From Limisphaerales bacterium (GTDB lineage Bacteria; Verrucomicrobiota; Verrucomicrobiia; Limisphaerales; JADJPG01): DNA of 64,000 nt. Below the pieces are notes generated by a model. The model was given only the letters and a program-made list of their open reading frames with translations. It made no database searches and was not told the origin of the DNA. The position numbers and the translations under genes were made by a program. How positions within the stretch are numbered: the first letter of the stretch is position 1; every line of letters starts with the position of its first letter. Positions 55,101 to 63,924 of the stretch are shown here, piece after piece. The stretch lies in NCBI GenBank assembly GCA_044230345.1, contig JBGARF010000035.1:60403-124402 (forward strand), given 5' to 3'.

Positions 55101-58100
55101 CTGATCGACGCGGACGCCGATCCGCGTTTCGCGTCGAACTGGGCGGACAGCGACAGCTGTACCAACAGCGCCTGGAAAACGATCGAGTTCACCGGCACGG
55201 TCGATAACGGCCAGGGCACACCCGACCGACTGCAAGTGTTCCTCCAGGGCGCAGGCGAATGTCTCGTGGACGACATCGAGGTGCTGCTGGCAGGCAACGC
55301 CGTCAATCGCATCGCCAACGGCAGCTTCGAGAGCGGGACGAATGGCTGGACCTTCCAGGGCACGCACCGGCTTTCCACCGTGGACAACGCCGGCGGCTTC
55401 AGCGGCCCGAGGGCGTTGCACCTGCGCGCCACGGGACGCGGTGACACCGGGCCGAACAAGGCGCAAACCGCGCTCACCACCGTGTTCAACGCCAACCAGA
55501 CCGCGACCATCCGGGCCAAGGTGCGCTGGCTCGCCGGGCATCCGGAAATTCTCTTCCGGTTGCGCGGAAGCTGGCTCGAAGCGTATGGCAACACGCGCAC
55601 GACGAGTTCATTCGGCACGCCGGGACGCGCCAACTCTCGCGCGGTCGGGAACGCCGGGCCAGCCATCGCCGACGTGACCCATCTGCCGGTCTTGCCGGCG
55701 GCCTTTGCGCCCGTCACGGTTTACGCCCGCGTCACGGATCCTCATGGCGTCGGCAGTGTGCAACTGCGGTACCGCCTCGATCCATCCGCTTCGGTCAACA
55801 CCGTGGAAATGGAGTCGATCGGCGCGGGTGTTTACGCCGGTCGCATCCCGGGCCAGGGCTCAGGTACACTGGCGGCGTTTTCGATCGCAGCAACGGACGC
55901 TCTTGGCACGCAAAGCATCTTCCCCAAAGACGCGCCGGCGCAAGAATGCCTCGTGCGCTGGGGCGAAAGTCTACCGGGCGGGGCCATCGGAACGTATCGT
56001 TTCTGGTTCACGCGCACGAACCGCACGATTTGGGAAACGCGCGAGCCGCAAAGCAACGAAACCCTCGACACGACGTTCGTCTACGGCGACTGGCGCGTCA
56101 TTTACAACGCGGGCGTGATGTACAGCGGCAGCCCATTTCACACGCCGCTCAACACGGGCCCGATGGGCGTGCCGTGCGATTACCAGCTGGCCATGCCGGC
56201 GGACGACGCGTTTCTCGGCGAGACGGACATCATTCTCTCGCCGCCCGGCAGCCCGTGGGGCACGGATTTGTCGATCCTGGATTACACGATGGTCCGCGAG
56301 CAGATGATCTGGTGGATCGCCCGCCAGATCGGCGTGCCATCCCTGCACCGCCGCTTCGTGCGCGTGTTCGTCAACGGCCAGCCGCGCACCACCATATTCG
56401 AGGACACGCAACAACCGGCCGGCGAGTTCATCCGCGAATGGTTCCCCGGCGAAACCGGCGGCGACCTGTTCAAGGCGCAGGACTGGCTGGAATTCCCCGA
56501 TACGGGCAACAGCTTCCTGAGCGACATTCGCGCCACGCTGGAGAAGTTCGTCACCACCGGCGGCGCACTGCCCCCGAAGCGGTATCGTTGGATCTGGGCA
56601 CCGCGCGCGGTGAACGGTTCGGTGCATGACTTCACCAACCTCTTCACGCTCGTCGAGACCATGGCGCTGGCCGACACGAACTTGTTCACGACGCAGGTCG
56701 AGGCGCTCATCGACATCGAAAGCTGGTTCCGCGCGATGGCCGTGCAGCGCATCGCCGGCAACTGGGACACCTGGGGCTGGACGTTCGGCAAGAACATGTA
56801 CGCCTACAAGCCGCCCGGGGAACGCTGGGCGATGATGCCGTGGGACATCGACTTCAGTTTTGGATTGAACAGTTCCGCGACCGACGCGGATGTGATGATC
56901 AACGGGAACGGCGGCAGCCAGCCCGGCGATCCGATCGCCACCAAACTTCGCAACCAACCCCAGCTGCAACGCGCCTACTGGCGCGCGTTCGAAGACGCCG
57001 TGAACGGCGCGATGGAAGACAGCCGCGTCTCGGCGCGCATCGATCTTCTGCAGGCCGCGCTCACCGCCAATGGCTTCGCGCCCGCCGCGCCCGCGCCCGT
57101 GAAAAGCTGGATCAGCGCACGCCGGACGTATCTGCGCAGCCAGCTCACCACGCGGACAAACGCGGCGTTCGCCATCACCTCAAACGCGGGCAATGACTTC
57201 ACCATCAACCAAAGCGCCGTCCGGATCTCCGGCACCGCGCCCGTCGCGGCCCGGACGATCCTGTTCAACGGAGCGGCCTACCCCGTATCGTGGACCGGAG
57301 TCACCACCTGGACGGCGCTCGTACCGCTGGTGCCTGGCGCGAATCCGATTGTCGTTACCGCGCTCGACGTTCGGGGCAACGCACTCACCAACTTCAACGA
57401 CACGATCACCATCACTTCATCCGCAACGCCCCAGACACCGGAAGGCAGCGTGGTGATTAACGAGATTCACTACAACCCGGCCGTGCCCGACACGGCGTTC
57501 GTGGAGCTGTTCAACTCGAGCACGAACACATTCGACTTGTCCGGCTGGCGGCTCGATGGCGTGGATTTCACCTTCCCGCCCGGCAGCATCCTGACGAACC
57601 GGCAGCTGCTCGTCATCGCCGCGGATCGCTATGCCCTCGGCCATACCTTCGGCGCCGGCACGGTGGTCGCTGGTGATTTCAACGCGCGCCTCGACAATGA
57701 CGGCGAGGTGTTGAGCCTGCTCAAACCCACCGGCACCAACACGCCGCCCATCGTGGTGGACCGCGTCCGCTACGAGTCCGTCGCACCCTGGAGCACCAAC
57801 GCCAACGGGACCGGCCCTTCCCTGCAACTCACCGACGCCAGCCAGGACAACGCCCGCGTGAGCAACTGGACCGACGGCAGTGGCTGGCGGTTCTTTAGCC
57901 TGACGACCAATATCGGCGGGTCGCGGCTGTCGATTTTCTTCTCGGACGCCATCGGAGGCGACGTTTACCTCGACGATCTTTCGCTGGTGCCCGGCAGTGT
58001 GCCTGGTGCCGGTGTCAACGCCATCGCCAACGGAGATTTTGAGTCGCCACTTGCACCGACGTGGCTCGCCACTGGCATCGCGACCAATTCCCACCTCACC

Positions 58101-59516
58101 AACGGGCTGGCACGTTCAGGCGCTCGCAGTCTGCACTACGTGCAGGGAACGGGCGGGGCGGGCTTGACCCTGTTCTATCAAGAGTTGAGTCCCGCCGTGG
58201 TGACGAACACTCCGTATACCCTCAGCGGCTGGTATCTGCCCGGCACCGGCAGCACGAACTTGAACCTGCGTGCCGTGTCCACCGCGTTCCAAGCCCGTCC
58301 CAGCCTGCGGGCTTCCGCGCCCACGCCCGGCGCCGTTAATCTCACGGTCGCGCCCATTCCCGTTTATCCAACGCTGTGGTTGAACGAAGTGCTGCCGTTA
58401 AACACCGGCGGCCCAGCGGACGCCGCAGGCGATCGCGATCCGTGGGTTGAACTCCACAATGCCGGCCCCACGCCCGTCAGCCTCGACGGAATGTTTCTCT
58501 CCGACCGCTATCTCAGCCTCGGGCACTGGGCTTTCCCGTCGAACCTGACCATCGCCCCCGGCGGCTTCGTGGTCGTGTGGTGCGACGATGAATCGAGCGA
58601 AACGACGCCAACCGAACTCCACGCAAACTTCCGTCTCGCGGCGGATGCCGGCAGCATCGTGCTGTCGCGCACCGTGGACGGAGCGCCGCAGATTCTTGAC
58701 TACTTCAACTACACCGCCGTCCCCGCCAACCAATCCTACGGCAGCGTGCCGGAAGGGCAGCCGTTTTATCGCGGTGTGATGTTCTCCCCAACGCCCGGCG
58801 CCACGAATGACAACCGCTCCGCGCCCATCGTGGTGTTCATCAACGAATGGATGGCCGCCAACACCAGCGCGAGTGGCATCGCCGATCCAGCGGACGGGAA
58901 CTATCAGGATTGGTTCGAGCTGTTCAACCCGGGCCCGAACGCCGTCGATCTCGGCGGCCATTTCCTCACCGACAATCTCTCGAACCGATTTCAGTTCGAA
59001 ATCCCCAGAAACGGCCGCTACGTCCTTCCGCCCAGTGGCCATCTTCTGGTCTGGGCCGACAATGAACCTGGCCAGAACTCCACAAATCGCGCTGACCTGC
59101 ACGTCAACTTCAGCCTGCGCGCCGCCGGCGAAGCGATCGGGCTATTCGCCGCCGACGGCACTCAGATTGATGCCGTGACCTTCACCAACCAACTCGACAA
59201 CGTCAGCGCAGGACGCAGCCCTGACGGCAGCGGCACCATTCTCGCCTTGCCGACACCCAGTCCGCGCGCGAGCAACGGCGACAACTCCGCGCCCGCACCA
59301 CAGCTGGGCCAATTGCAGTTCGTCGGTAGTAGCCAGGTGCAATTCACCATCCGCACCGTGGCGGGCCGCCGTTATCAGGTCGTCTACAAGGACGACCTCA
59401 GCGCGGCAAGCTGGCAACTCCTTGGCGGCCCTCGCACCGCCGCCGGCCCAACCCTGCTCGTCACCGACACCCCGCCCCGACTCCAACGCTTTTATCAGGC
59501 GACGTTATTGCCGTGA
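52176..59516 (+). CDS. giant secreted protein (2446 aa): LamG-like + unnamed module + Ig-like + six lamin-tail (LTD) domains + CotH kinase-like domain + C-terminal ...RFYQATLLP module
   Basis: Signal peptide MKTFSPLLLIAFAMALLSGPAQA. The N-terminal ~430 aa are paralogous to 48691..52053. LTD signatures VISEIMFHP...EFVEIYN, VVINEFLANGD..DFIELFN, VVINELFYAP...EFIELKN, VVINEIHYNP...FVELFN, LWLNEVLP...WVELHN, VFINEWMAAN...WFELFN. CotH-like MVREQMIWWIARQIGVPSLHRRFVRVFVNGQ... Confidence 0.85.
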   Translation: MKTFSPLLLIAFAMALLSGPAQAQRVIARWNLGENDPGAAAGVRGADVTRDRVGPRHLTRFGNPTNSGAVPAGSSTLSMRFNGSDAFYQTNFAGLWTDVPLENFILSCDVNIASQPAFSFPVAIGRNGGGLALLQEGGNWKIIHQGVAASPPGAPIQLNTWTHLDLVRSNGVSYLHVNGALNLTFNSTPNTPANFLTIGANQRASDTAGDVEGRFPGLIDNVVIIDPSLPPLPTVVADVGADFRPTTPKAGWAYLGSTAPSGGSESALTYGGAVGNNGNIGYGGGANTFNLGAVLGTNTGANAFKIFVDGQFNAGVPGTDLLVHPGDPVQLNGGGKPFTILRYTLSAEDLASGNLALITGSFRELIPGGDGIEGYVFRNATELFHVVASSDTLSQTAGTFNVRALVSAGDTISFVVGIKGNLFADESAVRGTITMTMDSTPPALIGPPMQVDTTRLAITFDEPVEATLGNFALNNGASVTSVTPGAAANSFDLVTTALTAGQTYSLTISGVTDLSANALNTNVSFTATDFSPNLLAYLRPPTEPIGPATRRGGFVISEIMFHPTNNPAFTNLEFVEIYNSQPWAEEIGGYRLTGEYDFTFPAAMTVPAGGFIIVAAVPAQVTAAYGVGNVLGGFTNRLNNAGGTLRLRNDANAVVFEVDYDSQPPWPAAADGAGHSLVLARPSYGMNDPRSWAASANLGGSPGAAEPAAVTNLPVVINEFLANGDTDPDFIELFNLSSQAVTLDGCLLSDDAGTNKFVIPPGTTIAPRGYLVFAEAQLGFSLSAGGETVWFRDATGRVLDAARFDGQQRGVSTGRTPDGASLFSRLSTRTPGTTNSPALHPDVVINELFYAPPSGNGDDEFIELKNRTTNAVDLSGWRLRGGVSFNLPSGTTIPADGYLVIAKDANRLRTNHPGLSAASVVGNFSGNLANDGERVSLLAPELNGTNTIHYVIAETTYAIGGRWGRWSDAGGSSLELIDADADPRFASNWADSDSCTNSAWKTIEFTGTVDNGQGTPDRLQVFLQGAGECLVDDIEVLLAGNAVNRIANGSFESGTNGWTFQGTHRLSTVDNAGGFSGPRALHLRATGRGDTGPNKAQTALTTVFNANQTATIRAKVRWLAGHPEILFRLRGSWLEAYGNTRTTSSFGTPGRANSRAVGNAGPAIADVTHLPVLPAAFAPVTVYARVTDPHGVGSVQLRYRLDPSASVNTVEMESIGAGVYAGRIPGQGSGTLAAFSIAATDALGTQSIFPKDAPAQECLVRWGESLPGGAIGTYRFWFTRTNRTIWETREPQSNETLDTTFVYGDWRVIYNAGVMYSGSPFHTPLNTGPMGVPCDYQLAMPADDAFLGETDIILSPPGSPWGTDLSILDYTMVREQMIWWIARQIGVPSLHRRFVRVFVNGQPRTTIFEDTQQPAGEFIREWFPGETGGDLFKAQDWLEFPDTGNSFLSDIRATLEKFVTTGGALPPKRYRWIWAPRAVNGSVHDFTNLFTLVETMALADTNLFTTQVEALIDIESWFRAMAVQRIAGNWDTWGWTFGKNMYAYKPPGERWAMMPWDIDFSFGLNSSATDADVMINGNGGSQPGDPIATKLRNQPQLQRAYWRAFEDAVNGAMEDSRVSARIDLLQAALTANGFAPAAPAPVKSWISARRTYLRSQLTTRTNAAFAITSNAGNDFTINQSAVRISGTAPVAARTILFNGAAYPVSWTGVTTWTALVPLVPGANPIVVTALDVRGNALTNFNDTITITSSATPQTPEGSVVINEIHYNPAVPDTAFVELFNSSTNTFDLSGWRLDGVDFTFPPGSILTNRQLLVIAADRYALGHTFGAGTVVAGDFNARLDNDGEVLSLLKPTGTNTPPIVVDRVRYESVAPWSTNANGTGPSLQLTDASQDNARVSNWTDGSGWRFFSLTTNIGGSRLSIFFSDAIGGDVYLDDLSLVPGSVPGAGVNAIANGDFESPLAPTWLATGIATNSHLTNGLARSGARSLHYVQGTGGAGLTLFYQELSPAVVTNTPYTLSGWYLPGTGSTNLNLRAVSTAFQARPSLRASAPTPGAVNLTVAPIPVYPTLWLNEVLPLNTGGPADAAGDRDPWVELHNAGPTPVSLDGMFLSDRYLSLGHWAFPSNLTIAPGGFVVVWCDDESSETTPTELHANFRLAADAGSIVLSRTVDGAPQILDYFNYTAVPANQSYGSVPEGQPFYRGVMFSPTPGATNDNRSAPIVVFINEWMAANTSASGIADPADGNYQDWFELFNPGPNAVDLGGHFLTDNLSNRFQFEIPRNGRYVLPPSGHLLVWADNEPGQNSTNRADLHVNFSLRAAGEAIGLFAADGTQIDAVTFTNQLDNVSAGRSPDGSGTILALPTPSPRASNGDNSAPAPQLGQLQFVGSSQVQFTIRTVAGRRYQVVYKDDLSAASWQLLGGPRTAAGPTLLVTDTPPRLQRFYQATLLP

Positions 59517-59559
59517 TCTCCTCCTATCAATGCGCCACCGAGGATGCCGCCATATGGTT

Positions 59560-59940
59560 CCCACCCTTATCCGAGCCGCCCGCAATGCTCAGTGCAGGAT
59601 TGTAGGAGTGACAAAACTTGTGGGACTTCGCCCGAGAGAACGGTGAGGCGTTCTTCCCATGCACCTCCCCGGGTTCTTGCTCTTGCTCTTAATCCTCCCG
59701 AAGAGAGCAAGAGCAGCTTCCCATGAACCGGACGATCGACCAGAAGGCACGCGACGCGGAGATTCGGCAACCCCTTAATCCAACGGCCCAGCGCGTACGG
59801 TGCATCTCGAAGTTGTTGGATCGGAGCGCGGGCCTATGGCCTGCAGCGGGTGGAATCGGCGGCGCACGAACGAACCCTCAGGCATCGTCCCGGGCCCGCG
59901 CCGCTGCGGGCTGCAAGCGCTGCAAGCCCGCGGTCCGTCC
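59560..59940. repeat. REP-like repeat mosaic between convergent genes
   Basis: Hairpin gctcttgctctt / aagagagcaagagc (59679-59713). cttcccatg motif at 59654-59662 and 59717-59727 (also at 18207 and 18377). Hairpin ccgctgcgggct...agcccgcggtccg (59901-59937), same family as 30134. Confidence 0.55.
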
Positions 59941-59979
59941 GACACTCTCCTCTGCCCAGTTGGCACCAAACCTCAAGTC

Positions 59980-62900
59980 TCATCGGTCGCCGCCTCGCAG
60001 GAAGTCTCGATACGCCGAGTTTGGAACAAAGCTTGGACCGGAGTGAATCGCCGCGCCGAAACGGAGCCGTAGATTCTCCCCGCGTCTGACAACCACGGCG
60101 CTTTTGTCCCCCTGCTTCATCGCAGCACGGCCAAACGGATTGGCGACGAACACGCCGTAGTCGCGGTTGTGCCACCAACTCGGGCGGAAGTTCGTTGCAT
60201 CCGAAAGGAGCGTGATCCCGCAAGCTCCACCCTCCGCGTTCCCTGAATAGTCGCACCATTCGGCCGGCTGACCCCAGGTGTTCTTCGCGGTCTTCAGCGC
60301 TGAACTGCTCGTGATGACGCCGCCGTTCTTTTCGGTAATGGCGGTCGCAACCCTTGCACCGAAACCCATCTCTTCCTGATCTCCAAAGACGAAGTCCCGC
60401 TCGTCGGAGCGAAACGTCGCGTCCCAGGCGATCAGCCAGGCATTGGTTTGCGCCCCGAGCGCGAAGCGGTTGGTCAATGAGCAGACGGTCAGGCCGTCGG
60501 CCGTCCGGAGGCGGCACTCGGTGGCGAATTCCAGACGACCATTCCGGATCGATGGTGCCGCGAGGAAACGGACATGCTCAATGCGTCCCTTGTTTCGCCA
60601 AAAGTCCGTCCCGCTGATGTCGCCGAACGCAAGCCAGATGCCCGGATGCATGGTGTCGTGGTCGGTGGCATCCACGCCGGCGACGGGCGGATGGTTTCGC
60701 GTGACCTTCAATCCGCCCGGAGCATGGGCGTTCGCGAAGTAAGGCCGCAGAATCGTTTCATCACGAAAAACGAACTCCGCGACAGGTTGGCCGCTGTATG
60801 CAATGACGAGCCGGTCCGGATGCTCAGTAAAGCGGAAGCCATCGCCCTTTGGCCACTGAGTCGACGCCGGTGCGGACGCTGGTGCAGGTGGCTTGACCGC
60901 AGTGCGCCCGGCATCGCTGGTCACGGGTGGCAACGACGCGCGTGCGGGTTCGGCTTTTTGCGCCAGCAAATACGCCGTCAGGTCCGCGACGTTCTGCGGC
61001 GAGAGCAAGGCGTCGTAGCCGGGCATCGCCGAGGTTGCCGCCGTCTTTCGCGACGTGATGCCCGACTTGGGAATGACCTGCCGCTGGCCGGTTGCCAGGC
61101 CGAGCGTGAGACTGAGGCCGCTCTCTTCGATCAGGATCCCGGCATACTCGGCGTCGCGGGTTTCCACGGATTGCAGATTGAAACCTTCGGTGATGACGGC
61201 GTTCGGCTCCAGCACGGACTGGACAATATGCCGGGCCGTGGCGCGATCGCCCAGCGCGGCGAGGTCAGGTCCGAAGCGGTTGCCATGTTCGCCCAGGCGA
61301 TGGCAATTGAAACAGCCGGCGCCGCCGCGAGCATGAAAAAGCCATTCGCCCCGCTCGCGGTCGCCCTGACTCACGAGCACCAAGGAAGCATCCATGGACG
61401 TCGCGCGGGCTGGCGCCGGCAGAGGAAGCGGCTCAAGGACGACGATGTAATTGCCCTTGCCGCCCGCCTTGCCGTCGTCGGTGTTGCCACCAAGTTCGAT
61501 GCGGCCCGCCGGAAACTCGCGCGTGTAGAGTTGGAAGGTCCAGTGATCCGCACGAATCCGCTGCTCGGTGCGTTGGAATTGATCGCGCAACCACCCCGGA
61601 GCGTTTGCGCGGGTGTCGAAGGCAACGTGAACCCGCACCGGCATCAATGCTTCGAATCCAAGCCAGCCGTCGCCCTGCGAACCGTCATCGTTGTTGGCCG
61701 TCTGGATGAAGTCCAGGCCGGCGAGCGCACTGGGAACCTGTTTCAGGTCGTAGGCCCGATCGGTATAAGGCCTGGCCCCGACGCGCAACCCGGCAGGCGC
61801 GAGGGAGTAGCGCGCTCCGGAGCGAGCGTTGAGATTTCGCGCCAGACCGAGGCGGGGAACGGCCGGCGCAGCTTCCGGCGCAATGGCGTTGAGCGGACGT
61901 CCACGGACCACGACAGCTTCGCCGCCGCCGGTGGCTTTGCGAAGCCAGAGCGCTGCGACTTCGCGCACGCCGGTGGCACGGTCATTCGCGAAGGGGCCAA
62001 CTTCCGATTGGGTCAGCGCGTGGTCTTCGAGCAGGGCGAGCAACGCCGCCTTGCGCACGCCGTCGCGCGCGTCGGCGAGCAGCGGCTTGAGCGCGACCGC
62101 ATCCGTCCACCCGCGAAGAGTTTGCCACGCCGCATAGAACGTGACGGCATCCTGCTCTGCTGCGAGCAACTCCAGCACTGCCGGCACGGCCGAGCGCTGC
62201 CGCGCCTGTCCGAGTGCTTGCACCGCTTCGAAGCGGAGCCGCGGTTCTGCGCTGCGCAGGACGTCGAGAATTTCACCCGGCAATTCGCGTCCGCCGCCGG
62301 CTTCCCGGACGCGATGCGCCAGAATACGCAGCGACTGCACGCGGAGATTCAGAGTGGCGCCTGAGTCCACGACGCGCGCGGTGAACCACTTGTCCATCGC
62401 CTCGTCCTGCAGCATCGATCGGCCCAACGCCCAGGCGGCCCACGTTTCGCGTGCTTCGCCAATGGCTCGATCTTCCAAGATCGCGAGAAGTCCCGGTTTG
62501 ATGCCGGGGCCACGACGGACAAGTTCGTCCTGCGCGTCGATGCGCCAGACTGGCAACGGGCCGTCGAAGTCTTCCACCAACTCAGCCGCGGTCCATTGCG
62601 AAAGAGGCTTGCTCCGTTTTGGGTTCTGCCATCGCGCGGGCGGCGAGTCCTTCGCCTGGACGCGGAAAACCCGACCTTCACTCGTCATCTGGCCGTCCTT
62701 GTATTCCGCGCCATAACCACTGCTCCAACCGAGGATCCACAGGGCGCCATCGGGGCCGACCTCAAGATCAGTGGGACGAAACAGTGCGGAGCCGCCACGC
62801 GCGAAGGGTTCCCAGTCGCCGCCGTCAGGTCGCAACAACGCGCCGTCCCAGCGCGGCCGCCACACAAACGTCGTCTTGCGCAGCCAATCATTGATGAAAA

Positions 62901-63924
62901 ACACGCCGCGATGCGAAGCGGGGAACTGCGGCGAGTCGCCGAAGACGACACCGGTGCCGGAGCCCTCGAAGAGCGGCCCGCTCACGGGAGCCGACGGCGG
63001 ATGCGCATCGGAACCCCAATGCGCGCTCCAAGGATGGTTCCAGCCGAAGTGCGCGCCGAAGAACGGCATGAACACGCGATCGCCAGTCGTTTGATCGTTG
63101 TCCGTGCCGAGCCAGTTGAATCCCCGGTCGAAGGCGATGTCCCAGGGATTCCGCATCCCGCGCGAAACAATTTCAAGGTTGTGCCCGCCGTCGTCGCACC
63201 GCAGCACCCCACCTTCGCGGCCCCAGTCGTCGTCCGGATCGTGATACGCTTTTTGATACTCGCCCTTCTTGAACACGCGCGGGCCCGGGAAGTCGGGCGT
63301 GCCGGCGGGCGCGCTCACGCCCCACAAGTCGCGGAATGGCTTCGGAGCGACGCGGCCCGGCTGTGTCAGTCCCTTGGAGTTGCCCTTGCTCAGGTAGAGC
63401 TTGCCGTCGGGTGCCCAGTTCAACCCGTGCAGGCCGTGCTCAAGATTGCCGAGATCGGTGTAAACGCGGACATATTCGTCCGCCTCGTCGTCCCCATCGA
63501 GATCGCGCACCACCGTGAGATCCGGCGCATTGGCCACCCAGAGGTCGCGTCCGTGCCAGGCCAGGCCCTGAATCGCATTGAAGCCCGTGGCAAAGATCTT
63601 CGTGCGATCGGCTTTGCCATCGCCGTCGGTGTCGAGCACCAGCGCAACGCTGTCGCCCGGCGTGTCGGGCTTGGGATTCCGGTACTGCGGCCCGAGGCCG
63701 ACGCACAATCGGCCCTTCGCATCGAACGCCATCGAACAAGGCTGGCGCACGAGCGGTTCGCGCGCGAAGAAGGAAACCTCGAAGCCCGGCGGCACACTGG
63801 GCAACGCGTCACGGTCCGCATTCGGATCATCGAACCCCGCGGCGCTGAGTCCAAGCCGCAACCCGCAGCCAAAAAGCATCGCGACGGTCGAACCAATAAA
63901 ACCGGCACGCGGGCATATTTTCAT
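59980..63924 (-). CDS. PVC-type heme-binding CxxCH protein fused to a C-terminal PmoA-like (DUF6807) domain
   Basis: 1314 aa. PPGFEVSFFAREPLVRQPCSMAFDAKGRLCV, DTDGDGKADR, DGDDEADE, beta-propeller part, HEAT-like repeats, an unassigned ~170-aa beta-rich middle segment, cytochrome c motif CFNCHRLGEHGNRFGPDLAA. The C-terminal ~300 aa read HPGIWLAFGDISGTDFW...FGDQEEMGFGARV...WCDYSG...WHNRDYGVFVANPFG, typical of DUF6807/PmoA-family proteins. Confidence 0.85.
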   Translation of the reverse strand: MKICPRAGFIGSTVAMLFGCGLRLGLSAAGFDDPNADRDALPSVPPGFEVSFFAREPLVRQPCSMAFDAKGRLCVGLGPQYRNPKPDTPGDSVALVLDTDGDGKADRTKIFATGFNAIQGLAWHGRDLWVANAPDLTVVRDLDGDDEADEYVRVYTDLGNLEHGLHGLNWAPDGKLYLSKGNSKGLTQPGRVAPKPFRDLWGVSAPAGTPDFPGPRVFKKGEYQKAYHDPDDDWGREGGVLRCDDGGHNLEIVSRGMRNPWDIAFDRGFNWLGTDNDQTTGDRVFMPFFGAHFGWNHPWSAHWGSDAHPPSAPVSGPLFEGSGTGVVFGDSPQFPASHRGVFFINDWLRKTTFVWRPRWDGALLRPDGGDWEPFARGGSALFRPTDLEVGPDGALWILGWSSGYGAEYKDGQMTSEGRVFRVQAKDSPPARWQNPKRSKPLSQWTAAELVEDFDGPLPVWRIDAQDELVRRGPGIKPGLLAILEDRAIGEARETWAAWALGRSMLQDEAMDKWFTARVVDSGATLNLRVQSLRILAHRVREAGGGRELPGEILDVLRSAEPRLRFEAVQALGQARQRSAVPAVLELLAAEQDAVTFYAAWQTLRGWTDAVALKPLLADARDGVRKAALLALLEDHALTQSEVGPFANDRATGVREVAALWLRKATGGGEAVVVRGRPLNAIAPEAAPAVPRLGLARNLNARSGARYSLAPAGLRVGARPYTDRAYDLKQVPSALAGLDFIQTANNDDGSQGDGWLGFEALMPVRVHVAFDTRANAPGWLRDQFQRTEQRIRADHWTFQLYTREFPAGRIELGGNTDDGKAGGKGNYIVVLEPLPLPAPARATSMDASLVLVSQGDRERGEWLFHARGGAGCFNCHRLGEHGNRFGPDLAALGDRATARHIVQSVLEPNAVITEGFNLQSVETRDAEYAGILIEESGLSLTLGLATGQRQVIPKSGITSRKTAATSAMPGYDALLSPQNVADLTAYLLAQKAEPARASLPPVTSDAGRTAVKPPAPASAPASTQWPKGDGFRFTEHPDRLVIAYSGQPVAEFVFRDETILRPYFANAHAPGGLKVTRNHPPVAGVDATDHDTMHPGIWLAFGDISGTDFWRNKGRIEHVRFLAAPSIRNGRLEFATECRLRTADGLTVCSLTNRFALGAQTNAWLIAWDATFRSDERDFVFGDQEEMGFGARVATAITEKNGGVITSSSALKTAKNTWGQPAEWCDYSGNAEGGACGITLLSDATNFRPSWWHNRDYGVFVANPFGRAAMKQGDKSAVVVRRGENLRLRFGAAIHSGPSFVPNSAYRDFLRGGDR

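Noticed and set aside
59834-60517. 227-aa minus-strand ORF and several 60-110-aa ORFs in 59540-60100.
   Set aside because: They span REP-like hairpins and the 3' end of the 1314-aa gene in wrong frames, with Arg-rich composition.
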